The notes beneath the pieces are model-generated. The model searched no databases, was not told the DNA's origin, and worked only from the letters and a program-made list of their open reading frames with translations. A stretch of 61,101 bases of DNA, counting the filler. It is 7 parts of 7 records of this genome, joined end to end, with 100 filler letters (N's around TTAATTAATTAA, not from the genome) between each part and the next. Parts side by side here need not be neighbours in the genome. Positions count along the whole stretch, not along the records: positions 44,738 to 55,380 come from SRR31156797_63966; positions 55,481 to 61,101 come from SRR31156797_64010; 5 more parts are not named here. One strand, given 5' to 3'. Made by a program: the position numbers and the translations under genes. This document shows positions 49,313 through 60,217 of the stretch, piece after piece (position 1 is the first letter of the stretch; each line of letters opens with the position of its first letter).

Positions 49313-51328
49313 ATGAATTCAGATTGCAACGAGCTGCGGGAGTATGGAAATCGTCTGAAAGAGGCCGATGAGGAGGGCCGGGTTGATCTCTACCGGGAAC
49401 TGGGCGACCTGGGGATTCCCGAGGGAAACCTCATTCTCATGGAAGGTCTTTCCGACCCGGCCCAAAGGGTCCGGTTGGTGGTTGCCGAGGCATTGACCGA
49501 GATCGCCGATGAAAAGATGGCGGAAAGGTTATTGGAACTCCTTCGCTGCGACGACCCCGGCCTCCGTTCGCGCGCGATGATGATCCTGGCCGACCTGGGG
49601 ATGAGGGCCTTGCACCGGGTTGAAACCTATCTGAACGATGAAGATCCCGACGTTCGGATCTTTGCGGCCAACATCCTGGGCAACAGCGGCCTGAAGGAGG
49701 CCTTTCCGGCGCTGCGAAAGGCCCTTTCAGACCCGGAGGAAAACGTCCGCTATTCGGCTGTTGAGGCGCTGGGGAAAATCAACGAGGAGGAGGCCGTCCC
49801 CCATCTCATGGATATCTTGAAGGACGAATGGGCCCGGTACCCCGCGGTGGAGGCCTTGGGGTTGCTGAAGGCGCGGGAGGCCGTCCCCCATCTCCTGAAG
49901 ATCTATGAAGAGGACGAGTGGGTGCGGTACGCGGTGATCGAGGCCATGGGCAGGATCGGAGATTCGGGTCAGGTGGATTTTCTGATCCGGGAGATGAACA
50001 CGGAAAATGAAATGATCCTGATCGCGGCCCTGGCAGCTCTTGCCAAAATCGAGCAGATCGCGCCCGCCGGGGTCTTTGATCGAGTAAAAGAAAAGGGCAT
50101 TGACGTGGAAGCCATTATCTCCTCCGCCCTCAAGGTGAATGAGCCCGAGATCAGAAAACCGGCCATCTGGACCCTGGGGATCGTGGGGAATGAGCATCAC
50201 ATGGGGATGCTGTTGGAACAGCTTGCCGATTTTGATGAAGAGATACGGGCCGTTTCCCGTAAAGCCCTCATCAGCCTGGGCGCCCGGAACCTGCAAGCCT
50301 TGTTGAATGCCTATGGGAACCGGGAAGAAAGGATGCAAAAGGAGCTTATGGGGGTTCTGGGGCAAATCGGGGATAAAAAAGCCGTTCCCCTCATTGTCGC
50401 CGCCCTTGAAGAGGGCAGCGACCCCATCAGGGAAACAGCGGCGGAAACCCTGGCTCTTTTTAAGGATCGTTCGACAGTGGACCCGCTGATAGCGCATTTG
50501 AGCGACCCCAACGGCCATGTGAGGGCCGCCTGTGCCGCCGCCCTGGGGGCACTGAAGGCGGTCAGGGCCACGCGTTATTTGCTCCCTTTGCTGAAGGATC
50601 CCTATGGAGATGTCAGGGAGACGGCCTCCGAGGCCCTGGGAAACATCGGGACCACTGAAGTGGTCACCCATGTCGCTCCTCTTCTAAAGCATGAGGGGAT
50701 GGAAGTCAGGCAGGCCGCCATCCAATGCCTGGGGTTGATCATGGACCGAAGGGTAAACGCCTGCCTCATGGACGGCCTGAACAACTCGGAGCGAGGGGTG
50801 CGCCGCTTTGCGGCGAACATCCTGGGGAAACGCAAGATCGTTCAGGCCCTCAAACCGTTGATGCTTGCCTTGCTGGATGAGGACTGGCAGGTCAGGAAGT
50901 CTGCCGCTTCAGCCCTCGGCAACCTTCGCGATGCGCGAAGCGTGGCGGCGCTGCTGGGCTCCCTGAGAGATGAAAACATCTGGGTGCGTTACGCCGCGGC
51001 GATCTCTCTGGGAAGGATTGGAGATGAAAAGGCGAGGTTGCCGTTGCGCCAATGCACAAGACAGGATGCGGGGCCGGTCCGTATAGGCGCCATAGAGGCG
51101 CTCATGGGGATGAAAGATCCGGACATGGTCCCTTTACTGGTTCCTTTGAGCGAGGACCCTGATGAGGAAGTGCGCAAGGCCGTTGCGGAGAGCTTGGGCC
51201 ATTATAAAAATGATGAGACGACGGCAGTGCTGGAGAAGATGAAGCAGGACTCCCATCCAGGGGTGCGACAGGCTGCGGAAAAGGCCTTTGGATTGAAGAT
51301 TGAAAAACCGATAAATCCTGAACCTTGA
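49313..51328 (+). CDS. HEAT-repeat (PBS-lyase-like) protein
   Basis: Many L.D....VR..AA.ALG repeats; GAGGAG RBS before ATG at 49313. Confidence 0.92.
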   Translation: MNSDCNELREYGNRLKEADEEGRVDLYRELGDLGIPEGNLILMEGLSDPAQRVRLVVAEALTEIADEKMAERLLELLRCDDPGLRSRAMMILADLGMRALHRVETYLNDEDPDVRIFAANILGNSGLKEAFPALRKALSDPEENVRYSAVEALGKINEEEAVPHLMDILKDEWARYPAVEALGLLKAREAVPHLLKIYEEDEWVRYAVIEAMGRIGDSGQVDFLIREMNTENEMILIAALAALAKIEQIAPAGVFDRVKEKGIDVEAIISSALKVNEPEIRKPAIWTLGIVGNEHHMGMLLEQLADFDEEIRAVSRKALISLGARNLQALLNAYGNREERMQKELMGVLGQIGDKKAVPLIVAALEEGSDPIRETAAETLALFKDRSTVDPLIAHLSDPNGHVRAACAAALGALKAVRATRYLLPLLKDPYGDVRETASEALGNIGTTEVVTHVAPLLKHEGMEVRQAAIQCLGLIMDRRVNACLMDGLNNSERGVRRFAANILGKRKIVQALKPLMLALLDEDWQVRKSAASALGNLRDARSVAALLGSLRDENIWVRYAAAISLGRIGDEKARLPLRQCTRQDAGPVRIGAIEALMGMKDPDMVPLLVPLSEDPDEEVRKAVAESLGHYKNDETTAVLEKMKQDSHPGVRQAAEKAFGLKIEKPINPEP

Positions 51329-51344
51329 ACCCCTGAATCGAATC

Positions 51345-52175
51345 ATGGAATTAACACGGGAAGACTTCATAACCCTGAGGGATCTCATCAAAGAGCGGAG
51401 CGGAATCTGGCTTTCCGAGTCCAAAACGAGTTTTTTGAAGGTCAGACTGAATCACCGTCTCAAGGTCACCAGCATGGAAACGGTCAGGGACTACCGTTTT
51501 TACCTGAAATACGACCCGAGTGGTGAAAAGGAAATCGGGGAATTGATTGACGCCGTGACGGTCAACGAAACCTATTTTTTCCGTGAGCAAGGCCAGTTGA
51601 AGGATTTCAGCCATGAGATCGTCCCTCAACTGCTGGAACGAAATCGAGGGATCGTCCCTCTCAGGATCTGGAGCGCACCCTGTTCAACAGGGGAGGAGCC
51701 GTACACCCTGGCCATGCTCATAATGGAAAAATTTCCGGACTCCGGGCTTTCAAGGTTCGAGATCCTGGGTTCGGATATCAGTCCGAGGGTCCTTCGATCA
51801 GCGCGTGAAGGCCTGTATGATGATTACAGCATAAGGCATGTTCCGCCCATGTATCTCGTAAAGCACTTTGATAGAACCGAAGGGAAATATGTCGTCAAAC
51901 CGAAGGTAAAGGAGATGGTGAAATTTGCCAACGTCAACCTGATGGATCCCTTTGCCACCGGCCGGATCAATAACATGGACTGTGTCTTCTGCCGAAATCT
52001 CATTATCTATTTTGACGATAAAGACAAAGCCAGATGCATCGAGCATGTCTATCGCTCCCTCAATAAGGGCGGTTATCTGCTGCTGGGCCATGCCGAGAGC
52101 CTGGCCCATGTGGCCAATCCCTTTGAGGTGGTTCGGCTAAAAGAATCGGTCGTGTACAGAAAACCGATCTCTTAA
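51345..52175 (+). CDS. cheR: Chemotaxis methyltransferase
   Basis: TVNETYFFRE, IWSAPCSTGEEPYTLA, FCRNLIIYF and LLGHAESL motifs. Confidence 0.95.
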   Translation: MELTREDFITLRDLIKERSGIWLSESKTSFLKVRLNHRLKVTSMETVRDYRFYLKYDPSGEKEIGELIDAVTVNETYFFREQGQLKDFSHEIVPQLLERNRGIVPLRIWSAPCSTGEEPYTLAMLIMEKFPDSGLSRFEILGSDISPRVLRSAREGLYDDYSIRHVPPMYLVKHFDRTEGKYVVKPKVKEMVKFANVNLMDPFATGRINNMDCVFCRNLIIYFDDKDKARCIEHVYRSLNKGGYLLLGHAESLAHVANPFEVVRLKESVVYRKPIS

Positions 52176-52246
52176 ATTGCAGCATAGTGCAAATATCAGA
52201 GCATGAGTCTCGGAATCAACCTTCAGAAATCCAAAGGGGGAGTGAG

Positions 52247-52618
52247 ATGCACACTCAGAAGAAAATTTTGGCCGTGGACGATTCGTCCAGCATTCGGAAA
52301 ATGGTGGAGTTTTCCCTTAAGAGCAAGGGTTTTCAGGTGACTTGCGCCGCAGACGGGCAGGAAGCGATCGAAATGTTGGTCCAGGAACCATTTGACGCCA
52401 TCATTCTTGACATCAATATGCCCCGCCTGGATGGATTTGAATTCCTGAAAAAGATCAAGGGCGACGCGGCGTACGCTTCCATTCCCGTGGTCATGCTGAC
52501 CACCGAAGGCCAGGAGGAAGATAAGAAAACGGCCCTGTCTCTGGGCGCCCGGGATTATCTTGTGAAGCCTTTCAAACCTTCGGAGCTCATTGCGCTGGCG
52601 GAGAAACTCCTGGATTGA
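52247..52618 (+). CDS. cheY: CheY-like response regulator
   Basis: AVDDS, LDINMP.LDG, MLTTE and VKPF motifs. Confidence 0.88.
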   Translation: MHTQKKILAVDDSSSIRKMVEFSLKSKGFQVTCAADGQEAIEMLVQEPFDAIILDINMPRLDGFEFLKKIKGDAAYASIPVVMLTTEGQEEDKKTALSLGARDYLVKPFKPSELIALAEKLLD

Positions 52619-52685
52619 TGATTTTCGATTGATGGACGGAGCGAAGCGACTCCCTTCAATCGCCAAACCAAAAGAGGGGCTCGAA

Positions 52686-54389
52686 ATGCCTGATACTCAA
52701 AATGAGGATTTAGACGCGCAGCTTCTGGCCCAGATGCTCGAGGACTTCCTGGAGGAGTCTCAGGAATATCTGGATCTGTTAAACCTCAACCTGACCCGCC
52801 TGGAGGAAACGCCCCGGGACGAGGAACTGATCAATGAGATCTTCCGTGCGGCCCACACCCTGAAGGGATCGGCCTCTTTCGTGGGACTGGACAGGATAAG
52901 GGAGGTTGCCCACCGGATGGAGGACGTGTTCGGGGCGATCAGGAGAGGGACGCTCCAGGTTACGGCCGCCATTATCGACGATATGTTTGAGGGCCTGGAA
53001 CTCCTGACCCTGCTCAGGGACAAGGCCGTGAACAAAGACGACCTTGATGTGGACATTTCCTGGATGGTGGAAAAGCTGGAACAAATCCATGATCAGAGTA
53101 CGGAGGACGGAGGTCGGAGGACGGAGGTCAGAGAACAGAGGACGGAGGTCAGAGAACAGAGGACAGAGGACAGAGGACAGAGGACGGAGGGTGGAGATCC
53201 GTCGTCCGTCGTCCGTCATCAGTCGTCCGTAATCCGTGTGCCCACAAAGCGGCTCGACAGTCTGGTAAATCTTGCCGGCGAGCTGATCACCAGCCGCAAT
53301 CGTCTGAATGAGTTCTCTGTGCGGTTCAAGAATGATGAACTGGAGTCCATCGCATCGGCCATTAACCGTCTCACCCGCCAACTTCACAACAATGTCATGC
53401 GTGTGCGCATGGTGCCCATTGAGAAGTTGTTCATCAAGTTTCCGGGGGTGGTCCGGAATCTGGCCCGTGAAAGAGACAAGGAAGTGGATTTTATCATCGA
53501 GGGCAAGGAAACCGAGCTGGACAAAAACTTCATCGAACAGATTTACGACCCTCTGGTTCACCTGCTCAGAAACGCCATCGACCATGGAATAGAAACACCG
53601 GAAGTGAGGCAGCGGAAAGGCAAGCCCCGGGCCGGCCGGATCAAAGTTGCCTCCTGGCGCCGCGAGAACAATGTGATCATCGAAATTTCCGATGACGGCA
53701 AAGGCATAGATCCCGAGAAGATGAAAATGGCGGCGATCCGAAAGGGGATCATTACGGCGGAAGAGGCCTCGGTAATGACCGATGACCATGCCGTAAAACT
53801 CATTTTTGCACCGGGCTTCAGCACGGCCGAGAAGGTGACCGATGTTTCCGGCCGCGGGGTCGGCATGGATGTTGTGAAAGAGAATGTTCAAAAACTGCGC
53901 GGCATAGTGGATATCATTACACACATTGATAAAGGCGCCGCCTTTCGGATCCAGATGCCGTTGACCCTGGCCATTCTCGAAGTTCTTCTGGTCAGAGTAG
54001 GCGGCCTGACCTATGCCCTGCCCATTCACGCCGTCAATGAAACATTATTGGTCGCCGCCTCGGAGATCCGAACCATGGAGAAGCGCGAGGTGGTCTTTAT
54101 CCGGGATATCGCCCACCCCTTCAAACGACTGGGCGCCATTCTGAAGCTCGATTCCGGATCGATCCCGAATCAAACAATCAACAATCCATTCCTTTCCATA
54201 GTGGTCGCAGGCCTCGCCGAAAAGCGGGCGGCTCTCAGTGTGGATGAACTCCTGGGCAAACAGGAGGTGGTTATGAAGTCCCTCGGGGAATATCTGGGAA
54301 AGGTGGATGGCATCGAGGGGGCTTCCATCCTGGCCGACGGGAGCGTGACCCTGATCGTGGATGTTGAAGCAGCTGTAGGAAATTCCTAA
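52686..54389 (+). CDS. cheA: Chemotaxis histidine kinase lacking a P2 domain
   Basis: Hpt (IFRAAHTLKG), dimerisation domain, DPLVHLLRNAIDHG, GFST..VTDVSGRGVGMDVV and CheW-like P5. Confidence 0.95.
   Translation: MPDTQNEDLDAQLLAQMLEDFLEESQEYLDLLNLNLTRLEETPRDEELINEIFRAAHTLKGSASFVGLDRIREVAHRMEDVFGAIRRGTLQVTAAIIDDMFEGLELLTLLRDKAVNKDDLDVDISWMVEKLEQIHDQSTEDGGRRTEVREQRTEVREQRTEDRGQRTEGGDPSSVVRHQSSVIRVPTKRLDSLVNLAGELITSRNRLNEFSVRFKNDELESIASAINRLTRQLHNNVMRVRMVPIEKLFIKFPGVVRNLARERDKEVDFIIEGKETELDKNFIEQIYDPLVHLLRNAIDHGIETPEVRQRKGKPRAGRIKVASWRRENNVIIEISDDGKGIDPEKMKMAAIRKGIITAEEASVMTDDHAVKLIFAPGFSTAEKVTDVSGRGVGMDVVKENVQKLRGIVDIITHIDKGAAFRIQMPLTLAILEVLLVRVGGLTYALPIHAVNETLLVAASEIRTMEKREVVFIRDIAHPFKRLGAILKLDSGSIPNQTINNPFLSIVVAGLAEKRAALSVDELLGKQEVVMKSLGEYLGKVDGIEGASILADGSVTLIVDVEAAVGNS
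53094..53233. repeat. Heptamer tandem repeat with inverted arm inside cheA
   Basis: 14 units resembling C(A/G)GAGGA (53094-53191), one spacer heptamer, then 5 units resembling CCGTCGT (53199-53233). Confidence 0.92.
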
Positions 54390-54458
54390 GGCATCCGATA
54401 CGTACATTTTCACAATTGGTCTTTTTCAAAAACCGAATTTATTATACGGAGAGGCGTT

Positions 54459-55380
54459 ATGAAGATATCCGATGTCAAAGTTGGTACGCGTATGGGCTTG
54501 AGCTTTGGGGCAATCATCTTGTTTGCGGCATTGCTGGGCATTGTTGCCATCATAAATATCAACACGTTAGCAAACCTCACAACCAAACTTTACCGTCACC
54601 CCTATGCCGTTAGCACGGCAACACTCCGCATTGAAATCAATATCGCCAGGATGCACCGATCTATGAAGGATGTAGCCCTTGCATCTTCAAAGAATGAAAT
54701 AATGGCGGCTTCAGCCAAGGTCGCAGCCTATGAAGAGCAGGTTCTCAAGGAGTTCGGTATCATAGAAGACCGCTTTCTAGGTGAAAAGGAGAAAGTAGAT
54801 GAAGCCAAGGCGATGTTTGTCGGCTGGAAGATCATTCGAGATGAGGTCATAAAGCTGTCCCTGGCGGGCAATCTCCCCGAGGCAGCCGCCATCACCAAGG
54901 GTAAAGGCGCCGATTACGTGAAAAACCTCGACAACATCATAAGTACATTTATTGTGTTCGCGAACGGAAAGGCCGAAAGTTTTGTCCTCGGCGCCAAAGA
55001 TAAGCAAAGGAGCGTGCTGATATCAATCATTATCCTCACGGTTTTGGTCGTTCTGGTCGGCTTTTTGTTTGCTTTTTTCCTGAGCCGCGATATCACCGGT
55101 TGTCTCAAACAGATTGTAAAGGTGTCCGAAAGGATGGTTGCCGGAGATTTGAATCAAGAATTGAACATCATGAGGGGTGATGAGTTTGGGAACCTGCTCA
55201 AATCCCTCAATGAGATGATCAAGTCCTGGCGGTTGATCGTTCAAAAGATCCTTGACGGTTCGACCAAGCTTTCTTCCTCTTCCACCCAGATCGCGGCGTC
55301 CACCGAGGAGATGAGCCGGGGCGCCGGTTCCCAGATGAGACAGATCATCCAGACCTCTTCGGGCATGGAGGAGATGTCGG
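54459..55380 (+). CDS. Methyl-accepting chemotaxis protein (4HB sensor, HAMP), 3' truncated
   Basis: TM1, four-helix periplasmic domain, TM2, HAMP (GDL......DEFG.L) and the start of the methylation helix. Confidence 0.9.
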
Positions 55381-55480
55381 NNNNNNNNNNNNNNNNNNNN
55401 NNNNNNNNNNNNNNNNNNNNNNNNTTAATTAATTAANNNNNNNNNNNNNNNNNNNNNNNNNNNNNNNNNNNNNNNNNNNN
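55381..55480. other. Artificial contig linker
   Basis: N-run + TTAATTAATTAA + N-run. Confidence 0.99.
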
Positions 55481-55481
55481 C

Positions 55482-55751
55482 AGTCTGGTTTACTGGGGGA
55501 ACAGGAATGTTTCGGAAGGTGTCTGTGATATGATCGCCATCGGCCGGCAGTCCCTGTCGGACAGCCAAATCCCCCGGAAAATGCAGGAAGGCCGGGAAAA
55601 TGAGATAAAGTGGTGTACCGCATGTGACAACTGCATCGAATTCCTAATCCGCCAGCAGAATGTTGGATGTGCAACCTTTGACCGTGAGTACACTCAGGCA
55701 CTCAAGGCCATTAGGCAGGCGGAAGGAAACTTGAGGGAAAAGAGAACCTGA
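55482..55751 (+). CDS. NADH:flavin oxidoreductase (OYE/DCR-like) C-terminus, 5' truncated
   Basis: G.CDMIAIGRQSL.D..IP.K..EGR..EI.WCTACDNC...GC pattern. Confidence 0.8.
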   Translation, partial: SLVYWGNRNVSEGVCDMIAIGRQSLSDSQIPRKMQEGRENEIKWCTACDNCIEFLIRQQNVGCATFDREYTQALKAIRQAEGNLREKRT

Positions 55752-55816
55752 TAAACGAGGTCCTCGAGACTCAAACTTTTTTCATCTTTTCAACGGCGGC
55801 TGTGCCTGGGGTGTCA

Positions 55817-56878
55817 TCACCCCAGCCGGCCGTCTTTCAATTCATGAACCTGCCAGCCCAGCCCCTTAACCGCCTCATGATCACGGGAAACAAGAATCAT
55901 CGTAGGCATCTCATTGCGGGAGACCGAGGCAAGCACTTTTAAGAATTCCTTCCGGGAGCCGGCATCCAGAGATGAAATTGGATCATCCAGAAGGATGAGA
56001 CCCGCCTTCTGAGCCAGACAGCGGGCCAGAGAAACCCGCAGCACCTCCGCCCCGGAGAGGGAAGAAATACTCTCATCCTTCAGACCAAAACAGCCGGTTC
56101 GACGCATGGCAATCTCGATCTCATACGCCCGCTCTTCATTCGGCTCGTCCACAGCACAGCCGGCGGCAACGACCTCCCGGGCCGAAAGAGGGAGAAAATA
56201 ACCGGAGAGTGCCGGTTTTACAAAACCGATCATCCCCCGTTTCCGCCGGCAGGATGAGATCTGTTCACCGATCCGGATTTCCCCGGCCGAAGAACGCAGC
56301 CTGCCGAGAATTGCATTCAGGAGGGTGGACTTCCCGGCCGCTGGCTCTCCGGTGACAATCACCCCTTCTCCAGCTGTCATCTTCAATGAAAGCCCCTTGA
56401 GAACCGGTTTTTCCGGAAACCCCGCAGAAAGCTCCCGGATCTCCAACCCGACACCCAGGATAAGCCCCGCCCGTTTCTTCAGAAGGCCGTAAACATGATC
56501 AATATCCATATCATGAGAGATAAGATCTTCGGTCCGGCAGAGGATCCGGTCCACCAGCTGGTTGAAAGTACAGTTCACGCCGTGACGTTCGAAGACCTCA
56601 AGGGCCGGCCGGCTCACCGTATCAATAGAGCAGGATCGGAAGCCCATCCGGCAAATCAGGGACGCCGCCGCCCGGCCGCCTATCCTGTCATGGAGAAAAA
56701 GAGAGACGGGATTTAGTCCCGAACGCTCCAGAAACACCTCCAGTTCAAAAAGAGGATAGAGCCATTTTCCGTTGCTGGAAAATACCGGTCCATCATCCCT
56801 CCTTACTTCAAGAGAGACACCCTCTCCCAGGGGAGTTGCACATTTTACTTTGTTTTCCAGGATTGTTGAACGGGACAT
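55817..56878 (-). CDS. DUF1893 (TM1506-like) domain fused to a degenerate ABC ATPase
   Basis: N-terminal F.S.GK.L.PL, L.DRIGGRAAA, S.PA and C..E pattern; C-terminal GEPAAGKST, LSGAE, LLDDP and VSRD. Confidence 0.7.
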   Translation of the reverse strand: MSRSTILENKVKCATPLGEGVSLEVRRDDGPVFSSNGKWLYPLFELEVFLERSGLNPVSLFLHDRIGGRAAASLICRMGFRSCSIDTVSRPALEVFERHGVNCTFNQLVDRILCRTEDLISHDMDIDHVYGLLKKRAGLILGVGLEIRELSAGFPEKPVLKGLSLKMTAGEGVIVTGEPAAGKSTLLNAILGRLRSSAGEIRIGEQISSCRRKRGMIGFVKPALSGYFLPLSAREVVAAGCAVDEPNEERAYEIEIAMRRTGCFGLKDESISSLSGAEVLRVSLARCLAQKAGLILLDDPISSLDAGSRKEFLKVLASVSRNEMPTMILVSRDHEAVKGLGWQVHELKDGRLG

Positions 56879-57144
56879 ATTACACCTCGCAATCGATTTG
56901 CCTGAAAGCGAGAGTATCAGGGAAAGGAGTGTAAAACAAGTGGCTTCCCATGTGGTGGAGGAAGAAAGGGGTAACCTTTTTTTTACAGATTATTAAGATG
57001 AAACTCAAAAATATCTCTTGCAAGCGATAATTTTTAAACCCATAATTAAATGTGCGCCATCACGGAAAACCCACCAGCACGACTTCACACACCCAATCTG
57101 GCAAAACAGAAAGATCCAAAAAAAAAAAGGGAGAACCCTGAACA

Positions 57145-59241
57145 ATGAAAATCAGAACAAAACTCATCCTGCCTGTAATTTTCATGCTCCTGGCCGCGGT
57201 CAGTGCCGTATCTATCATTGGATACACAAATATGAAGCAGGAAATCGAAAATGTCATGAAAATTTCAACCCAATCCACCCTCCAGGAGATTGTTTTCCAG
57301 AATGGAACAGCAAAGCAGGATAAAGAGATCCTGACCTCAACCCTCAACCATAACTTCCTGAGGATCGCCCGATCCATTGCCCACGGGATAAGTACGAACC
57401 CCGAGAATATGAGCACTGCGTACTTCCAGGACCTTGCGGAATCGATTCAGATCGATGAAATTCACATATCCGACAGCAATGGAATCCTTTACGCAGGCAA
57501 CACTCCAGGATTCTACGGATTTGACTACGGCTCGGGAGATCAGTCGAAGCCCTTCCTTCAACTCCTCTCCACCCCGGACTTCGAACTTGCTCAGGAACCC
57601 CGGTACAGGGAAGTCGACGGCGCCCTCTTTCAGTATGTCGGGGTTCAAATCCCCGGACGGAATGAATTCGTTCAGATTGGAGTCAAACCCGAAGAACTCC
57701 AAACACTCCTGGAAGCCACAAATCTTCAGAATATAATCGCTGATTTTCCCTACAGGGAAGGAGAGTACGGCTATGTTCTCGATCCGGAGGAGCAGGTCTG
57801 CACAGCCCATGTGAATACCGATCTCATTGGTTACGATATGTCCACCCTGGACTTTGCCGCCCGGATTTTCGAAATAGAAAACGGAAATTTCACTTATATA
57901 TGGAAGGAGAACGAAATCTTCACCAGTTTTATAACGACTCCGGAAGGGACATTTGTGACAGCCGTCCCGACGGCAAACTACTATAACAAGCTGGTTCCCA
58001 TCCTCCGGGCCCTGATTATAACCTCCACCGGCTCACTGCTCCTGATCCTGGGGCTCATCCTCCTCCTGATGCGGCCAATTCTGGCTCCGTTGAAAGAGGT
58101 TAATCGTTCCCTGGTCGAGATTGCCGAAGGAGATGCCGATCTGACGAAGCGTCTTACGGCCGACGGCCGGGATGAGATCGGCGATGTGGCCCGGAACTTC
58201 AACGCCTTTATGACCAATCTTCAGGAGCTTGTCTCGGGAATCAAGACCGCGGTCTCGGAAACCGAACAGGTAAAGAACGATATTCTCGGAGGCTCCGAAG
58301 GCAACGCCGACCGAGCGCAGGTGATCAACTCCAGTATAGGCGCCATCAATACGGGAATGGAGCAGATGGGCATACAGATCTCCGAGAGTTCCGGTGCCCT
58401 GGAACAGATAAACTCCAACACCGAATCCTTCGACAGGGTCATCACTTCCCAGGCTGCAATGGTAGAAGAATCCACCGCTGCAATCACCGAAATGATAGCG
58501 TCCCTGAACAGTGTCGGCCAGATCACCAGGAACAAGAAGGAATCGACAGGAACTCTGAAGTCTGTCACCGAAGAGGGAAAAAAACAGATCGAAGAGACTT
58601 CGAACGATCTGGCCCAGGTGGTCAGCCGGATTTCCGGCATTCAGGAGATGGCCGATACGATCAACAGCATCGCCTCCCAGACCAATCTCCTCTCCATGAA
58701 CGCCGCTATTGAAGCGGCTCACGCCGGGGACTCTGGAAAGGGATTTGCCGTCGTCGCCGAAGAAATCCGAAAACTGGCGGAGACATCGGCCAACTCCTCG
58801 GAAGCGATCAGCAAACTGATCGGAGAGATCACTTCGGGAGTGGAAAATACCTCCACAAGCATGAACTCGACCTTATCAACCTTCGAATCCATTACACGGG
58901 AGATCGACTCCACGGTTAATGCCTTTATGGAGATTGAAAACTCGGTCTCCGAACTGACCGTCGGCGGGCAGCAGATTATGGAATCCACCGAAGAGATCAA
59001 CAATGTAACCTCCGAAGTGAACACCGGCTCCAAGGAGATCCACAAGGGGATCGAAACAACAAACCGCTCTCTGACCCGGTTCAGAAGCAGCTCGGATGAA
59101 GTAACAACCAATATTCAGGAAATTTTTACGAAGGTAACTGAAAGTGCCGACGTTATGAAAAGCATCGGAGAGCGCGCCGCGGTTCTGGACGAGATAACGA
59201 AGAACCTGGTTGAAAATTTCCGACGCTTCAAGACGGAGTAG
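57145..59241 (+). CDS. Methyl-accepting chemotaxis protein (Cache-type sensor)
   Basis: Two TM segments, HAMP and the [36 protein letters not shown] hairpin. Confidence 0.95.
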   Translation: MKIRTKLILPVIFMLLAAVSAVSIIGYTNMKQEIENVMKISTQSTLQEIVFQNGTAKQDKEILTSTLNHNFLRIARSIAHGISTNPENMSTAYFQDLAESIQIDEIHISDSNGILYAGNTPGFYGFDYGSGDQSKPFLQLLSTPDFELAQEPRYREVDGALFQYVGVQIPGRNEFVQIGVKPEELQTLLEATNLQNIIADFPYREGEYGYVLDPEEQVCTAHVNTDLIGYDMSTLDFAARIFEIENGNFTYIWKENEIFTSFITTPEGTFVTAVPTANYYNKLVPILRALIITSTGSLLLILGLILLLMRPILAPLKEVNRSLVEIAEGDADLTKRLTADGRDEIGDVARNFNAFMTNLQELVSGIKTAVSETEQVKNDILGGSEGNADRAQVINSSIGAINTGMEQMGIQISESSGALEQINSNTESFDRVITSQAAMVEESTAAITEMIASLNSVGQITRNKKESTGTLKSVTEEGKKQIEETSNDLAQVVSRISGIQEMADTINSIASQTNLLSMNAAIEAAHAGDSGKGFAVVAEEIRKLAETSANSSEAISKLIGEITSGVENTSTSMNSTLSTFESITREIDSTVNAFMEIENSVSELTVGGQQIMESTEEINNVTSEVNTGSKEIHKGIETTNRSLTRFRSSSDEVTTNIQEIFTKVTESADVMKSIGERAAVLDEITKNLVENFRRFKTE

Positions 59242-60097
59242 AAGGAGAGGCCTCCTCCACGATTTCCCCGGCCGCGGATTTCTGAATCCGTTTTCGATAA
59301 TGGCCGGGGGTTTCATTAAACCGCTTTTTAAAAAGCTTCAGAAAGTTTTCATACACCCGAAAACCTGATCCATAGGCGGCCTGTTTCACCGAAGCTCCTC
59401 CGGCCAGAGACTCCCTGGCCCGATCCAGCCTCAGCTCCCGAATATAGGAGGCAATCCCCAGCCCCGTCTGTTTCCGGAAGAGCCGGGAGGCATAGCTACG
59501 CTCCAGATGAACATACTCGGTCACATCCTTCACACTGATCAGGGTCTCACAGTATTCACTGATAAAGCTTTTCATGGTCCGGACATGATCCGGTCCCAGC
59601 CCCCGGGAAGAGAAGGAACTCCTATCTTCACGGGATTCCAGAAGGTCGGCCAGAATCCCGAAAAGAGCGGCATACCGTCTGAACTCCCCCCCTGCGGCCT
59701 CGCTCCGGTGGCCGGGCTTTTTAATTTGCCCGAAGAGCCGGTAAAGCTCCTCCGCTCTTTCCGAATGAAGGACCGGAGCGGAAGAACTGATTCCGTGAGA
59801 TTCCAGAAAGGGAATCAACTCAGATCCCAGGGCCAGCCAGAAGTAGTGCCAGGGCTCCTCACCGTCGGCTCTATAAAGGTGGGTCTGTTCTGGGAAAACA
59901 ATGAAGGCATCTCCCGCAGTAAGCTCCCATCCCCTGCGCTGAAGAAAAAACTGCCCTCTTCCGGCCAGAACAATATGAAAAAGAAGATAGGGCCGCTTCC
60001 CGCCGAACTCATGGGAAGGTGAACACCGCTCCTCTCCGCTGAAGAGAAGGCGGACAGGAGGAAGATCCGAGGGGTGATGAAACTGCGGATTATTCAT
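59228..60097 (-). CDS. AraC-family transcriptional regulator
   Basis: Cupin-type ligand domain (H.V..G.G.F, W.YFW) and a C-terminal double HTH; divergent from the GH4 gene. Confidence 0.92.
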   Translation of the reverse strand: MNNPQFHHPSDLPPVRLLFSGEERCSPSHEFGGKRPYLLFHIVLAGRGQFFLQRRGWELTAGDAFIVFPEQTHLYRADGEEPWHYFWLALGSELIPFLESHGISSSAPVLHSERAEELYRLFGQIKKPGHRSEAAGGEFRRYAALFGILADLLESREDRSSFSSRGLGPDHVRTMKSFISEYCETLISVKDVTEYVHLERSYASRLFRKQTGLGIASYIRELRLDRARESLAGGASVKQAAYGSGFRVYENFLKLFKKRFNETPGHYRKRIQKSAAGEIVEEASPSTPS

Positions 60098-60217
60098 ATC
60101 TCCATCCTACCGAATAAAATCACATTTTACCAGTTAAAAACAACACTTACACAGTTCTCAAAAGTCGGAAGGAGATTTATTCTTAATGGGTAAACTAAAA
60201 GACAAGCGAGGCCCACA

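Noticed and set aside
53094-53233. CRISPR array
   Set aside because: These are contiguous 7-bp units without spacers, inside a coding frame, and there are no cas genes in the window.
52779-54029. 416-aa minus-strand ORF, and similar ORFs at 12893-13765, 30035-30802, 49727-50671 and 58033-58722
   Set aside because: They are antisense shadows of well-supported genes in GC-rich DNA and show no recognisable motifs.
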